The notes under the pieces were generated by a model, which was not told the DNA's origin, did no database searches, and saw only the letters and a program-made list of their open reading frames with translations. A program made the translations under genes and the position numbers. From Escherichia phage HK022, in the sequence record NC_002166.1: a DNA stretch of 40,751 nt; one strand, 5' to 3'. Shown here in pieces: positions 8,478 through 17,992 of the stretch; within the stretch, counting starts at the first letter, position 1; every line of letters starts with the position of its first letter.

Positions 8478-10898
8478 ATGGCTTCCAAATCACTGGGCAC
8501 GCTGACGATCGACCTGATTGCCAAAGTGGGCGGTTTTGTCTCAGGCCTCTCGCAGGCTGAGCGAGCTTCACAAAAATGGCGTAAGCAGGTAAAGGAGGAT
8601 GCCGCTGCCGCTGCAGCTGCCATGACCGGATTCGCAACAGCAGTCGGGGCTGCAGCCATCGGAGCCGGAGTGGCGGGGTATAACCTGCTCAAAACCACTT
8701 CACGTCAGATTACCGAATCAGACCGCTGGGCAAAGTCACTTAACATGTCCACGCAGTCCCTGTTAGCCTGGCAATATGCTGCAGAAAAAGCAGGTGTTTC
8801 CGGCGATCAGATGGCCGATATCTTTAAAGATGTCGGAGACAAAATCGGTGATGCCGTTCTTAATAAATCTGGTGAGGCGGTCGGTGCGCTGGACGCTCTG
8901 GGTTTGTCGGCTAAGAAACTGGCCGGAGAATCTCCCGACAAGCAACTCCTGGCTATCAGCGACGCACTGGAGAAAGTTAAGTCCAACGCCGAGAAGACTA
9001 CCATCCTGGAGAGTCTGGGTAATGACCTGTCAAAGATGCTGCCGCTCCTGGACAATGGCAGTGAAAAGCTGCGTCAGTATATGGATGCCGCGAAGAAGTT
9101 TGGTGTGGCGCCCGATGACGCAGATATTGAAAAGCTGGTCAGAGTCAACGCCCTGTTTGAGGATATGGAGACGCAGGTCAACGGCGTCAAAATTGAACTT
9201 GCTGCAGGGCTCGCCAGCGTAGATTTGAGTGGGCTCCAGAAGTCTATTGGAGATATGGGGGATGTATTTAAAGACCCGGCTGTTATTCAGGGTCTGACTG
9301 ATCTGGTTGGTGGGGTAGTGGACCTTGCCACCTGGCTGGTAAGGGTAGGAGCCGAGGCCGGAAAGCTGATAGACCAGTACAAAGGTGGGAGTTCGGTCGG
9401 CCTGAATGCCTCCATTCCAGAAATTGAACGGCGCATCAAGAACCTGAATGCAGATCTCGATGATAAAGGCATACTGGCGAGTTTCAACAGAATAGGTATG
9501 GACGTATCCGGTAAGGAGGCCGAAAGGGCTGAGCTCCAGAGGCGACTGGCCTTTTTGAGAAACTCCCAATCTACTCTACCGGAAATAAAACTGCCCGAGC
9601 CAGTCAAAACAAACTATACCCTTGGCGCCGGGGAAACAAACGGTAAGCCGCAAAAAAATACCTCTGGTCAGAAACTGGATTCAGCGTTTAAAAGCGCTGA
9701 GCGCAGTTACATGCGTCAGATTGAGCTGATCGATACCACCGGCAAAAAAACTGCTGTGGTGACCGAGCAGCAAAAACTGCAGTTCGATATAGCTGACGGC
9801 AAGTTGCAGGGGCTTAACGAAACCCAGAAGAAACGACTTGCGTCTCTGGCTCAGGAAGTTGATCGCCTTAATGCCGTCAAAAAAGCTAATGAAGAAAACG
9901 CGAAGGTAGCGGCGTTCGTGGCAAATCTGCAGGAGCAGAACGAGAATGCACGTGCAGATTTGGGCGTGGATATTCATGGGGCCGGACTCGGTGACAAGCA
10001 GCGTGAAAGGCTGAGGGAAAGGCTGAGTATAGAGCGCAGTTATCTCGATCAGCAGCGCGATCTGCAAAAGCAGTATCAGTCAGGAGATATCAGCCAGACA
10101 GTTTATGACCGCGAAACCCAGGCATTAAAGGATGCGCAAGCTGAGAGGCTGGGCATCCAGGAGGATTATTACAGTCAAATTGATGCGCTGCAGTCTGACT
10201 GGGTGACTGGCGCCAGAGACGGTCTCGCTGACTGGGTAGATGATTCAACTAACTATGCGACGCTGGCGGCGGACGCTATGAAAAGCGCGCTTTCCGGTAT
10301 CAGCAGCAATATCGTCGACATGCTCAACGGCAATAAAGCGAGCTGGAAAGACTGGGGTGTCAGTGTTCTGAAAATCATCGAACAGGTGATGGTTAACATG
10401 ATGATCGCCAATGCAGCCAGCTCGATAGGCTCATTGTTCGGTGGTGCCGCATCGTCTTCCGCCAGCAGCGGTACTGCGATTCAGTCCTACGGGGCGAGCC
10501 TGCAATTCAACGCCAAAGGCGGCGTTTACTCTTCTGCCGATCTCAGTCAGTACAGTAACTCTGTCGTCAGCTCTCCAACACTGTTTGCCTTTGCCAAAGG
10601 GGCCGGATTGATGGGGGAGGCTGGGCCGGAGGCTATTATGCCACTGACCCGCGCCGCTGACGGATCGCTGGGCGTGCGTGCTATGGGAATCTCAGGCTTA
10701 ACACCGGGTGGTAGTAGTGCTCCTCAGGTCAGTATTCAGATTGATGGCAATGGGAATACCCAGGCTCAGGCTAGCGGTGGATATGAGCAATTCGGGCGGG
10801 AGGTAGGTAGTTTTGTTGATCGGCGATACCGCGAGTTGATAGGCCGTGACCTTTCACCCGGTGGCGCGGTCTGGAATCTGGCAAAAGGAGGTCGGTGA
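8478..10898 (+). CDS. tail tape measure protein
   Basis: 806-aa ORF, Ala/Gly-rich N-terminal hydrophobic stretch, long coiled-coil centre, Gly/Ser-rich C-terminal part; GGAGAG RBS. Confidence 0.9.
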   Translation: MASKSLGTLTIDLIAKVGGFVSGLSQAERASQKWRKQVKEDAAAAAAAMTGFATAVGAAAIGAGVAGYNLLKTTSRQITESDRWAKSLNMSTQSLLAWQYAAEKAGVSGDQMADIFKDVGDKIGDAVLNKSGEAVGALDALGLSAKKLAGESPDKQLLAISDALEKVKSNAEKTTILESLGNDLSKMLPLLDNGSEKLRQYMDAAKKFGVAPDDADIEKLVRVNALFEDMETQVNGVKIELAAGLASVDLSGLQKSIGDMGDVFKDPAVIQGLTDLVGGVVDLATWLVRVGAEAGKLIDQYKGGSSVGLNASIPEIERRIKNLNADLDDKGILASFNRIGMDVSGKEAERAELQRRLAFLRNSQSTLPEIKLPEPVKTNYTLGAGETNGKPQKNTSGQKLDSAFKSAERSYMRQIELIDTTGKKTAVVTEQQKLQFDIADGKLQGLNETQKKRLASLAQEVDRLNAVKKANEENAKVAAFVANLQEQNENARADLGVDIHGAGLGDKQRERLRERLSIERSYLDQQRDLQKQYQSGDISQTVYDRETQALKDAQAERLGIQEDYYSQIDALQSDWVTGARDGLADWVDDSTNYATLAADAMKSALSGISSNIVDMLNGNKASWKDWGVSVLKIIEQVMVNMMIANAASSIGSLFGGAASSSASSGTAIQSYGASLQFNAKGGVYSSADLSQYSNSVVSSPTLFAFAKGAGLMGEAGPEAIMPLTRAADGSLGVRAMGISGLTPGGSSAPQVSIQIDGNGNTQAQASGGYEQFGREVGSFVDRRYRELIGRDLSPGGAVWNLAKGGR

Positions 10899-11236
10899 TG
10901 GCTATAGAAACATTCAGCTGGTGTCCGCGCCCGAACGCGGAGCAGGAAGTGACATTCCGACGGCGCACCGCGCAGTTCGGTGACGGATATCAGCAGGTTT
11001 CCGGCGACGGGATTAATCCCCGCTCGCAGAAATGGACTCTCCAGTTTACCGGTACCGAAACGTATATCGGGGCGATTAAAGACTTTCTCGATCGCCATGC
11101 GGGCGTGACGGCGTTTCAGTGGCGCCCGCCGCTTGAGCCTCTCGGGCTTTACCGCTGCGACACCTACACACCAACGCCACTTGGTGCCGGGTTATTTAAT
11201 CTTTCTGCAACTTTTGAACAGGCCTACAAACCATGA
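10898..11236 (+). CDS. M: minor tail protein M
   Basis: 112 aa; AAGGAGG RBS; ATG overlaps tape-measure stop; lambda gpM-like size and position. Confidence 0.8.
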   Translation: MAIETFSWCPRPNAEQEVTFRRRTAQFGDGYQQVSGDGINPRSQKWTLQFTGTETYIGAIKDFLDRHAGVTAFQWRPPLEPLGLYRCDTYTPTPLGAGLFNLSATFEQAYKP

Positions 11237-11988
11237 GTCTTAACGCAGATTTTCAGAAGCTCGAACCTGGCGATGTGGTCAGGCTTTTCGAAGTGGATGG
11301 CACGGCATTTGGTACAGGTGATGTGCTGCGATTTCACAGCTACAGTCTTGCGCACTCTGAAGCCGAAATTATCGCTGCTGGCGGTGATGAAAATAAACTG
11401 CCAGCAAAATCTATCTGGTGGCAGGGTGAGGAGTATAAAGCGTGGCCATGCCAGATTGAGGGGATCGAAGCTTCAACCTCGGGAAGTAGTGCCCAGCCGA
11501 AACTTTCGGTTGCTAACCTCGACAGTTCGATCACCGCGCTTTGCCTGGCTTACGACGATATGCTGCAGGCGAAGGTGACGATACATGACACCCTTGGTAA
11601 GTATCTCGATGCGAGAAACTTCACCGGAGGCAATCCGACAGCCGATCCGACCCAGGAGAAGCTGAAGGTTTTCTACATCGATGCAAAGAGCAGTGAAACC
11701 AATGAAGTTGTTGAGTTCACACTATCCAGCCCTATGGATCTGCAGGGGCTGATGATACCTACCCGCCAGCTTCATTCTCTGTGCACATGGTGCATCCGGA
11801 ACAAGTACCGAACCGGCGACGGCTGCGACTATGCCGGTACGCGCTATTTCGACAAAAACAACAACCAGGTAAGCGATCCGTCACTGGATGAATGCAACGG
11901 AACGCTGACGGCCTGCAAACTTCGGTTCGGTGAAAACAACGAACTCTCGTTTGGTGGGTTCCCGGGTACGTCGCTGATCAGGAGTTGA
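11233..11988 (+). CDS. L: minor tail protein L
   Basis: 251 aa; C-terminal cysteine cluster (C..C....C...C) as in lambda gpL. Confidence 0.85.
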   Translation: MSLNADFQKLEPGDVVRLFEVDGTAFGTGDVLRFHSYSLAHSEAEIIAAGGDENKLPAKSIWWQGEEYKAWPCQIEGIEASTSGSSAQPKLSVANLDSSITALCLAYDDMLQAKVTIHDTLGKYLDARNFTGGNPTADPTQEKLKVFYIDAKSSETNEVVEFTLSSPMDLQGLMIPTRQLHSLCTWCIRNKYRTGDGCDYAGTRYFDKNNNQVSDPSLDECNGTLTACKLRFGENNELSFGGFPGTSLIRS

Positions 11989-11989
11989 T

Positions 11990-12700
11990 ATGCGTCAGAA
12001 AACCATCGATGCGATTATGGCGCATGCTGCAGCTGAATATCCTCGTGAGTGCTGCGGTGTGGTGGCACAGAAGAGCCGGGTAGAGAAATATTTTCCATGT
12101 CGTAACCTCGCTACCGAGCCGACAGAACATTTTCACCTGTCGCCAGAAGACTATGCAGCTGCTGAGGACTGGGGTACGGTGATCGCCATCGTTCACAGTC
12201 ACCCTGACGCCACAACGCAGCCGAGCGAACTGGATAAAGCGCAATGCGACGCAACGCTTTTACCCTGGCATATTGTGAGCTGGCCGGATGGGGATTTACG
12301 CACCATCCAGCCGCGCGGAGAACTGCCACTGCTGGAGCGTCCGTTTGTGCTTGGACACTTCGACTGCTGGGGGCTGGTAATGAGCTATTTCCGGCAAACG
12401 CATGGTATCGAGCTCCACGATTACCGGGTGGATTATCCCTGGTGGGAAAACGCCTATCCGGACAATTTTTATCAGGATTGCTGGTATGAATGCGGATTCA
12501 GGGAGTTTGACGGCCCGCCTCAGGAAGGGGACCTCGTCATCATGCAGGTGCAGGCCGATAAGTGGAATCATGCCGGGATTTTACTGGAGGGTAACATGCT
12601 GCTGCACCACCTGTACGGACATCTGAGCCAGCGCGTGCCGTATGGGGGCTACTGGCAGGAAAGGACGATGAAGATTCTTAGACATCAGAATTTTATTTAA
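11990..12700 (+). CDS. K: tail assembly protein K (JAMM/MPN + NlpC/P60 domains)
   Basis: 236 aa; JAMM motif HSHPDATTQPSELD; downstream Cys in GHFDCWGLV and His in NHAGILL consistent with NlpC/P60. Confidence 0.85.
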   Translation: MRQKTIDAIMAHAAAEYPRECCGVVAQKSRVEKYFPCRNLATEPTEHFHLSPEDYAAAEDWGTVIAIVHSHPDATTQPSELDKAQCDATLLPWHIVSWPDGDLRTIQPRGELPLLERPFVLGHFDCWGLVMSYFRQTHGIELHDYRVDYPWWENAYPDNFYQDCWYECGFREFDGPPQEGDLVIMQVQADKWNHAGILLEGNMLLHHLYGHLSQRVPYGGYWQERTMKILRHQNFI

Positions 12701-12747
12701 CAAACTGTCACTGATACTATCGTGTAGCACACAGCAAGGAGAACGAT

Positions 12748-12972
12748 ATGTATACAGTTGGGTTTGGTTGGATCTTCGTCGGTATTTTTATTGGGTTAAT
12801 TCTCTGGTTTTTCATCAACCGCGCCAGCGTCAGAGCGAACAGGCAGGTTGAATTACTTGAGTCTATCGACCAGAAATTATCAAAAATAGTAGATCCAAAC
12901 TTCGAGGCAAATAACAAAGACCAGTCGAAAGAAAACTACCTTGAAGAAGCAAGGAAAAAAGCTGGGCTTTGA
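12748..12972 (+). CDS. small membrane protein (moron between K and I)
   Basis: 74 aa; AAGGAG RBS 6 nt upstream; one predicted TM helix (VGFGWIFVGIFIGLILWFFI) then charged tail; followed by its own terminator; lower GC than flanking tail genes. Confidence 0.5.
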   Translation: MYTVGFGWIFVGIFIGLILWFFINRASVRANRQVELLESIDQKLSKIVDPNFEANNKDQSKENYLEEARKKAGL

Positions 12973-12986
12973 GAGCGTAAATTAAT

Positions 12987-13010
12987 AAACCACCTACGGG
13001 TGGTTTTTTT
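12987..13010 (+). terminator. rho-independent terminator
   Basis: AAACCACC-tacg-GGTGGTTT hairpin plus T-run. Confidence 0.65.
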
Positions 13011-13021
13011 ATGGGGGCAGC

Positions 13022-13630
13022 ATGCAAGAGGTAATGACAAGAATTGAGCTAAGTGGCGTGCTAGCTAAGACATATGGAAGGGTTCATCACCGTCTGGTTC
13101 GCACTACTGCTGAAGCCATTAATGCACTCGCGAAAACCATCAATGGATTCGAGAAATTCTTAAACACAAGCAAAGCCCGAGGGCTGACGTATGCCGTTTA
13201 TAGAGATAAAAAGAATATTGGCGTTGATGATCTCGGCTTTCCCGTCACCGGCGAAGTGATCCGGATTGTCCCTGTAGTAATAGGGAGTAAAAAGGCTGGT
13301 CTTTTGCAGACGATCTTGGGGGCCGTGCTTATTACTGCTGCTGTGTTGACTGGACCCGGCGGTATTGGCGCTGCTTTCGCTGCTGGTGGATTGACGGGGT
13401 TTGCTGCTGCCACTGGTGCCTCGTTGGTCCTCGGTGGGGTTATTCAGCTGCTTTCACCGCAGCCATCAGGCATAGCCAGTAAACAAAGCGCAGATAACCG
13501 TGCATCGTATGCGTTTGGCGGGGTAACCAACACTGCAGCGCAAGGCTACCCGGTGCCTCTGCTTTATGGTAAGCGTCGAATCGGCGGAGCGATTATTTCT
13601 GCCGGAATTTATGTCGAAGATCAGCAGTGA
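13022..13630 (+). CDS. I: tail assembly protein I
   Basis: 202 aa; hydrophobic Gly/Ala-rich central segment; lambda gpI-like position between K and J. Confidence 0.8.
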   Translation: MQEVMTRIELSGVLAKTYGRVHHRLVRTTAEAINALAKTINGFEKFLNTSKARGLTYAVYRDKKNIGVDDLGFPVTGEVIRIVPVVIGSKKAGLLQTILGAVLITAAVLTGPGGIGAAFAAGGLTGFAAATGASLVLGGVIQLLSPQPSGIASKQSADNRASYAFGGVTNTAAQGYPVPLLYGKRRIGGAIISAGIYVEDQQ

Positions 13631-13714
13631 TACATAATGTGGGGAGCTAATATGAATAACGGGTACTTTGGTTTAAGTAGGGATAAAAAGCAGGTTGTGT
13701 TTTATGCGCCACTA

Positions 13715-13746
13715 TTCCAATTAAAGAAAGGCCGCATCTGCGGCCT
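13715..13746 (-). terminator. rho-independent terminator (minus strand)
   Basis: GGCCGC-agat-GCGGCC hairpin followed on the minus strand by TTTCTTTAATT; lies just 3' of the minus-strand ORF. Confidence 0.5.
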
Positions 13747-13750
13747 GGGG

Positions 13751-13972
13751 CTACTTATTCATGAATTGCTTCAGTTCAGTGGCAAGTTTTTCAAAAGGTG
13801 GATGGCTATACTGAGTAAGCTCTATAAGTAACTGGTTTTTATCTGAGTCAGGCAATCTGGCAAACAACAATCCAAATGCTAGCTTAAGAGCGGTAACCTC
13901 ATTTGCCACATCGGATACATCATTGCAATTAGTGGTTAGTTTTAGCCCGTCAATATGTCGAATCTGATTCAC
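13751..13972 (-). CDS. hypothetical protein (73 aa), opposite-strand moron between I and J
   Basis: GTG start at 13972 with AGGA 6 nt upstream; helical, mildly acidic protein; convergent with flanking tail genes. Confidence 0.45.
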   Translation of the reverse strand: MNQIRHIDGLKLTTNCNDVSDVANEVTALKLAFGLLFARLPDSDKNQLLIELTQYSHPPFEKLATELKQFMNK

Positions 13973-14101
13973 ATATATTCCTTATCCAGAGGTAATCAGC
14001 CATCCCTCCGTACCAGAGTGCGCCAGTGTCCCACCACTGGCGGGCTGAGTTATCACATTAACCAGGGTTTCCGATAAGCAACACCCTGATATTCAAACAG
14101 T

Positions 14102-14126
14102 AGCCACCTTCGGGTGGCTTTTTTTA
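14102..14126 (+). terminator. rho-independent terminator-like hairpin before J
   Basis: AGCCACC-ttcg-GGTGGCT plus T7; near-identical to the hairpin at 12987..13010. Confidence 0.55.
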
Positions 14127-14136
14127 TGGGCGCAAT

Positions 14137-17100
14137 ATGGCTACAGATAAAGTGTTAAAGGGCCGCAAGGGCGGCAGCTCCAGTTCCCGAACTCCTACCG
14201 AACAGCCTGATGATCTGCAATCTGTAGCGAAGGCAAAAATCCTCGTTGCGCTTGGGGAAGGTGAGTTTGCAGGGCAGCTCACCGGCAAAGATATCTACCT
14301 GGACGGAACAGCGCTGGAGAATGCTGACGGCTCCCAAAACTTCAGCGGGGTAACGTGGGAGTTTCGCGCGGGAACTCAGGCGCAAAAATATATTCAGGGT
14401 ATTCCCGGTACCGAAAACGAGATCAGCGTAGGAACTGAGGTATCAAGTGCCACAGCCTGGACGCGCACGTTTACCAATACGCAGCTTTCAGCAGTTCGCC
14501 TGCGTCTTAAATGGCCCTCGCTTTTCAAACAGGAGGACGACGGCGATCTGGTGGGTTACTCGGTCAATTATGCAATTGACCTGCAGACGGACGGCGGCGC
14601 ATGGCAGACGGTACTCAATACCAGCGTGACCGGAAAAACGACGTCTGGTTATGAGCGCAGCCATCGTATTGATTTACCGCAGGCTGGCAGCACTTGGACA
14701 ATCCGCCTGCGTAAGATTACCTCTGACGCCAACAGCGCGAAGATCGGCGACACGATGACGCTGCAGAGCTTCACTGAGGTGATTGACGCCAAGTTACGAT
14801 ATCCAAACACAGCGCTACTCTACATCGAATTCGATTCAAGTCAGTTTAACGGCTCTATCCCGCAGATCTCCTGCGAGCCCCGCGGCCGTGTTATCCGCGT
14901 TCCAGATACCTACGACCCTGAAACCCGCACTTATAGCGGTACATGGACCGGTGCGTTTAAGTGGGCATGGACGGATAACCCTGCGTGGATTTTTTACGAT
15001 CTGGTTGTTTCTGACCGGTTCGGCCTCGGGCACCGTTTGACCGCTGCGAATATTGATAAATGGACGCTTTATCAGGTTGCCCAGTATTGTGATCAGATGG
15101 TACCAGACGGCAAAGGGGGCAACGGTACCGAACCACGTTATACCTGCAACGTGTACATCCAGGACCGAAACGACGCTTATACAGTCCTGCGTGATTTTGC
15201 GGCCATATTCCGTGGCATGACGTACTGGGGAGGCGATCAGATCGTTGCTCTGGCCGATATGCCCCGAGATGTTGATTACAGCTACACGCGCGCCAACGTT
15301 GTTGGCGGTCGCTTCACCTATTCAAGCAGCACCACGAAAACCCGCTACACCACAGCGCTGGTTTCATGGTCAGACCCGGGTAACGCTTATGCCGACGCGA
15401 TGGAGCCGGTATTTGAGCAGGCGCTGGTAGCGCGATACGGCTTCAATCAGCTGGAAATGACAGCCATCGGCTGCACCAGGCAGTCAGAAGCGAACCGAAA
15501 GGGGCGCTGGGGCATTCTCACCAACAACAAGGATCGCGTTGTTTCGTTTGATGTCGGGCTGGACGGAAACATTCCGCAGCCTGGCTACATCATCGCCGTG
15601 GCAGACGAGCTGCTTTCCGGAAAGGTTATGGGCGGCCGCATCAGCGCCGTTAACGGTCGCGTTATCAAACTTGACCGCGTAGCTGATGCAGCACCAGGTG
15701 ATCGCCTTATTCTCAACCTTCCCTCCGGAGCGTCGCAGAGCAGGACCATTCAGGCCGTGAACGGGGAATCAGTCACAGTCACCACGGCATACAGTGAGAC
15801 GCCACAGGCCGAAGCTGTTTGGGTGGTTGAATCTGACGAGCTCTACGCGCAGCAGTATCGAGTTGTCAGCGTTTCCGATAACAATGATGGCACTTTCTCG
15901 ATTACCGGCGCATGGCACGACCCGGATAAATATGCCCGTATCGATACCGGAGCCATCATTGACCAACGGCCGGTGAGCGTGATCCCGCCGGGCAACCAGT
16001 CGCCGCCTGCGAATATCGTGATCAGCTCGTTTTCCGTGGTTCAGCAAAATATCAGCGTCGAAACAATGCGCGTGAGCTGGTACCAGGCGCAGAACGCTAT
16101 CGCCTATGAAGCACAATGGCGCCGCAACGACGGGAACTGGGTTAACGTGCCGCGCACCTCCACCACGTCATTCGACGTCCCGGGGATTTATGCCGGGCGC
16201 TACCTGGTGCGGGTGCGCGCAATCAATGCCGCAGAAATTTCATCCGGATGGGGCTATTCAGAAGAGAAAACGCTGACGGGTAAAGTGGGCAATCCACCGA
16301 AGCCGGTTGGCTTTATCGCCTCTGAAAACGTGGTGTTCGGTATCGAGCTGAACTGGGGATTCCCGGCGAATACCGACGACACGCTGAAGACGGAAATTCA
16401 GTACAGCCTGACCGGTACTGAAGACGATGCCATGCTGCTGGCCGATGTGCCTTACCCGCAGCGCAAATATCAGCAGATGGGCCTTAAGGCTGGGCAGATT
16501 TTCTGGTACCGCGCGCAGCTGGTTGACCGCAGCGGTAACGAGTCAGGTTATACCGGCTGGGTTCGTGGGCAGGCCAGTATCGATGTTTCTGACATCACAG
16601 ATGTGATCCTTGAAGACATCAAAGGGTCTGAGACGTTCAAAGACCTGATCGAGAACGCTGTGGACAGCAATGAAAAAATTGCTGGCATGGCTGACGACAT
16701 CAAACAGGCCAACGATGAACTTGAACTCCAGGCGCAGGAAATCGCAAAAAACGCGCAGGACATCGGGCAGGTTCAGACCAGCGTTAATGAGCTTTCTAGC
16801 ACGGTCGGTGATGTGTCGTCTTCTCTCTCAGATCTTGAGCAGACTGTTGCGACTGCTGATACCGCACTGGGCCAGCGAATCGACAGCATCAGCGTATCTA
16901 TGGACGGCATGACGGGCGGGGTGAAGAACTCTGCTATCGCAATTATCCAGAACGGGCTGGCACAAGTGGCTACGCGTAAATCGTTGTCAGCTTCGGTCGC
17001 AGGGAACAGTGCGCAGCTGGATCGTATTGATGAGGTAATCGTTAACGAGAAGGAGGCAACGGCGCGTTCTCTGCTGAGCCTGCAGACGGATGTCAACGGC

Positions 17101-17688
17101 AACAAGGCATCCATAAACAGCCTGAATCAGACGTTCTCCGACTATCAGCAGGCTACGGCCACGCAGATAAACGGCATAACGGCGACGGTGAACGGGAATA
17201 CCTCCGCCATCACCACTAACGCTCAGGCGATAGCCAACGTTAATGGCGACCTCAGCGCGATGTACAACATCAAGGTTGGCGTTTCCAGCAACGGTCAGTA
17301 TTACGCCGCGGGGATGGGTATCGGCGTGGAGAATACGCCATCCGGCATGCAGTCGCAGGTTATCTTCCTGGCTGATCGCTTCGCCGTCACCACGGCAGCC
17401 GGTAACAGCGTGGCTTTGCCGTTTGTGATCCAGAATGGACAGACATTCATCCGGGCCAGTTTCATCCAGGACGGCACTATCAGCAACGCAAAGATTGGTA
17501 ATTTTATCCAGTCGAACAATTATGTTGCTGGTTCTGCTGGCTGGAAGCTTGATAAAGGGGGGACGTTTGAGAACTACGGTTCGACTGCTGGTGAGGGAGC
17601 CATGAAACTGACAAATCAGACGATCAGCGTCAAAGATGGCAGTAATGTTCTTAGGGTGCAGGTTGGCCGATTAACGGGAGTATTCTGA
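14137..17688 (+). CDS. J: host specificity protein J (central tail fibre / tail tip)
   Basis: 1183-aa ORF after I; size and position match lambda gpJ; C-terminal part likely receptor-binding. Confidence 0.9.
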   Translation: MATDKVLKGRKGGSSSSRTPTEQPDDLQSVAKAKILVALGEGEFAGQLTGKDIYLDGTALENADGSQNFSGVTWEFRAGTQAQKYIQGIPGTENEISVGTEVSSATAWTRTFTNTQLSAVRLRLKWPSLFKQEDDGDLVGYSVNYAIDLQTDGGAWQTVLNTSVTGKTTSGYERSHRIDLPQAGSTWTIRLRKITSDANSAKIGDTMTLQSFTEVIDAKLRYPNTALLYIEFDSSQFNGSIPQISCEPRGRVIRVPDTYDPETRTYSGTWTGAFKWAWTDNPAWIFYDLVVSDRFGLGHRLTAANIDKWTLYQVAQYCDQMVPDGKGGNGTEPRYTCNVYIQDRNDAYTVLRDFAAIFRGMTYWGGDQIVALADMPRDVDYSYTRANVVGGRFTYSSSTTKTRYTTALVSWSDPGNAYADAMEPVFEQALVARYGFNQLEMTAIGCTRQSEANRKGRWGILTNNKDRVVSFDVGLDGNIPQPGYIIAVADELLSGKVMGGRISAVNGRVIKLDRVADAAPGDRLILNLPSGASQSRTIQAVNGESVTVTTAYSETPQAEAVWVVESDELYAQQYRVVSVSDNNDGTFSITGAWHDPDKYARIDTGAIIDQRPVSVIPPGNQSPPANIVISSFSVVQQNISVETMRVSWYQAQNAIAYEAQWRRNDGNWVNVPRTSTTSFDVPGIYAGRYLVRVRAINAAEISSGWGYSEEKTLTGKVGNPPKPVGFIASENVVFGIELNWGFPANTDDTLKTEIQYSLTGTEDDAMLLADVPYPQRKYQQMGLKAGQIFWYRAQLVDRSGNESGYTGWVRGQASIDVSDITDVILEDIKGSETFKDLIENAVDSNEKIAGMADDIKQANDELELQAQEIAKNAQDIGQVQTSVNELSSTVGDVSSSLSDLEQTVATADTALGQRIDSISVSMDGMTGGVKNSAIAIIQNGLAQVATRKSLSASVAGNSAQLDRIDEVIVNEKEATARSLLSLQTDVNGNKASINSLNQTFSDYQQATATQINGITATVNGNTSAITTNAQAIANVNGDLSAMYNIKVGVSSNGQYYAAGMGIGVENTPSGMQSQVIFLADRFAVTTAAGNSVALPFVIQNGQTFIRASFIQDGTISNAKIGNFIQSNNYVAGSAGWKLDKGGTFENYGSTAGEGAMKLTNQTISVKDGSNVLRVQVGRLTGVF

Positions 17689-17689
17689 A

Positions 17690-17992
17690 ATGGCTTATGG
17701 AATACAGACCTGGGATGCTTCAGGAAAACCCAACAACTATGGCATCAAACCCGTTTCCGTCGTTGGGCGAATACAGCTGGCTGCCGGGCAAACCTCAGGC
17801 AGCTGGTCTTTTACGGTGCCCTCAGGAATGAAAGTTGGTTTTGTTCTTTCACTTGATGAAGGAGGTAACAGCGTAGGGCGGCGCATTGTCGCGTCAGGGA
17901 GCACAATAACCGTAAGCGCTGCATCTTCTGTAGGTCTGGGTAATTATCCGGCCTCAAAGTGTGAAGTGGTCGTTTTCATGGAGAAAGCATAA
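17690..17992 (+). CDS. hypothetical protein (100 aa), tail accessory region
   Basis: ATG 2 nt after J stop; shares a G.xxWD(A/S)SGK motif with the next ORF. Confidence 0.5.
   Translation: MAYGIQTWDASGKPNNYGIKPVSVVGRIQLAAGQTSGSWSFTVPSGMKVGFVLSLDEGGNSVGRRIVASGSTITVSAASSVGLGNYPASKCEVVVFMEKA

Noticed and set aside
8776-9222. 148-aa alternative-frame ORF inside the tape measure gene
   Set aside because: Lies wholly inside an 806-aa gene in another frame, with low-complexity Arg/Trp/Ser-rich translation typical of out-of-frame reading. Similar ORFs at 9030..9569, 9287..9607, 9681..10067 and 14783..17519 are rejected for the same reason.
13637-13831. 64-aa plus-strand ORF after gene I
   Set aside because: Overlaps the better-supported minus-strand moron (13751..13972) and the terminator hairpin, and has no convincing RBS. 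It cannot be fully excluded.
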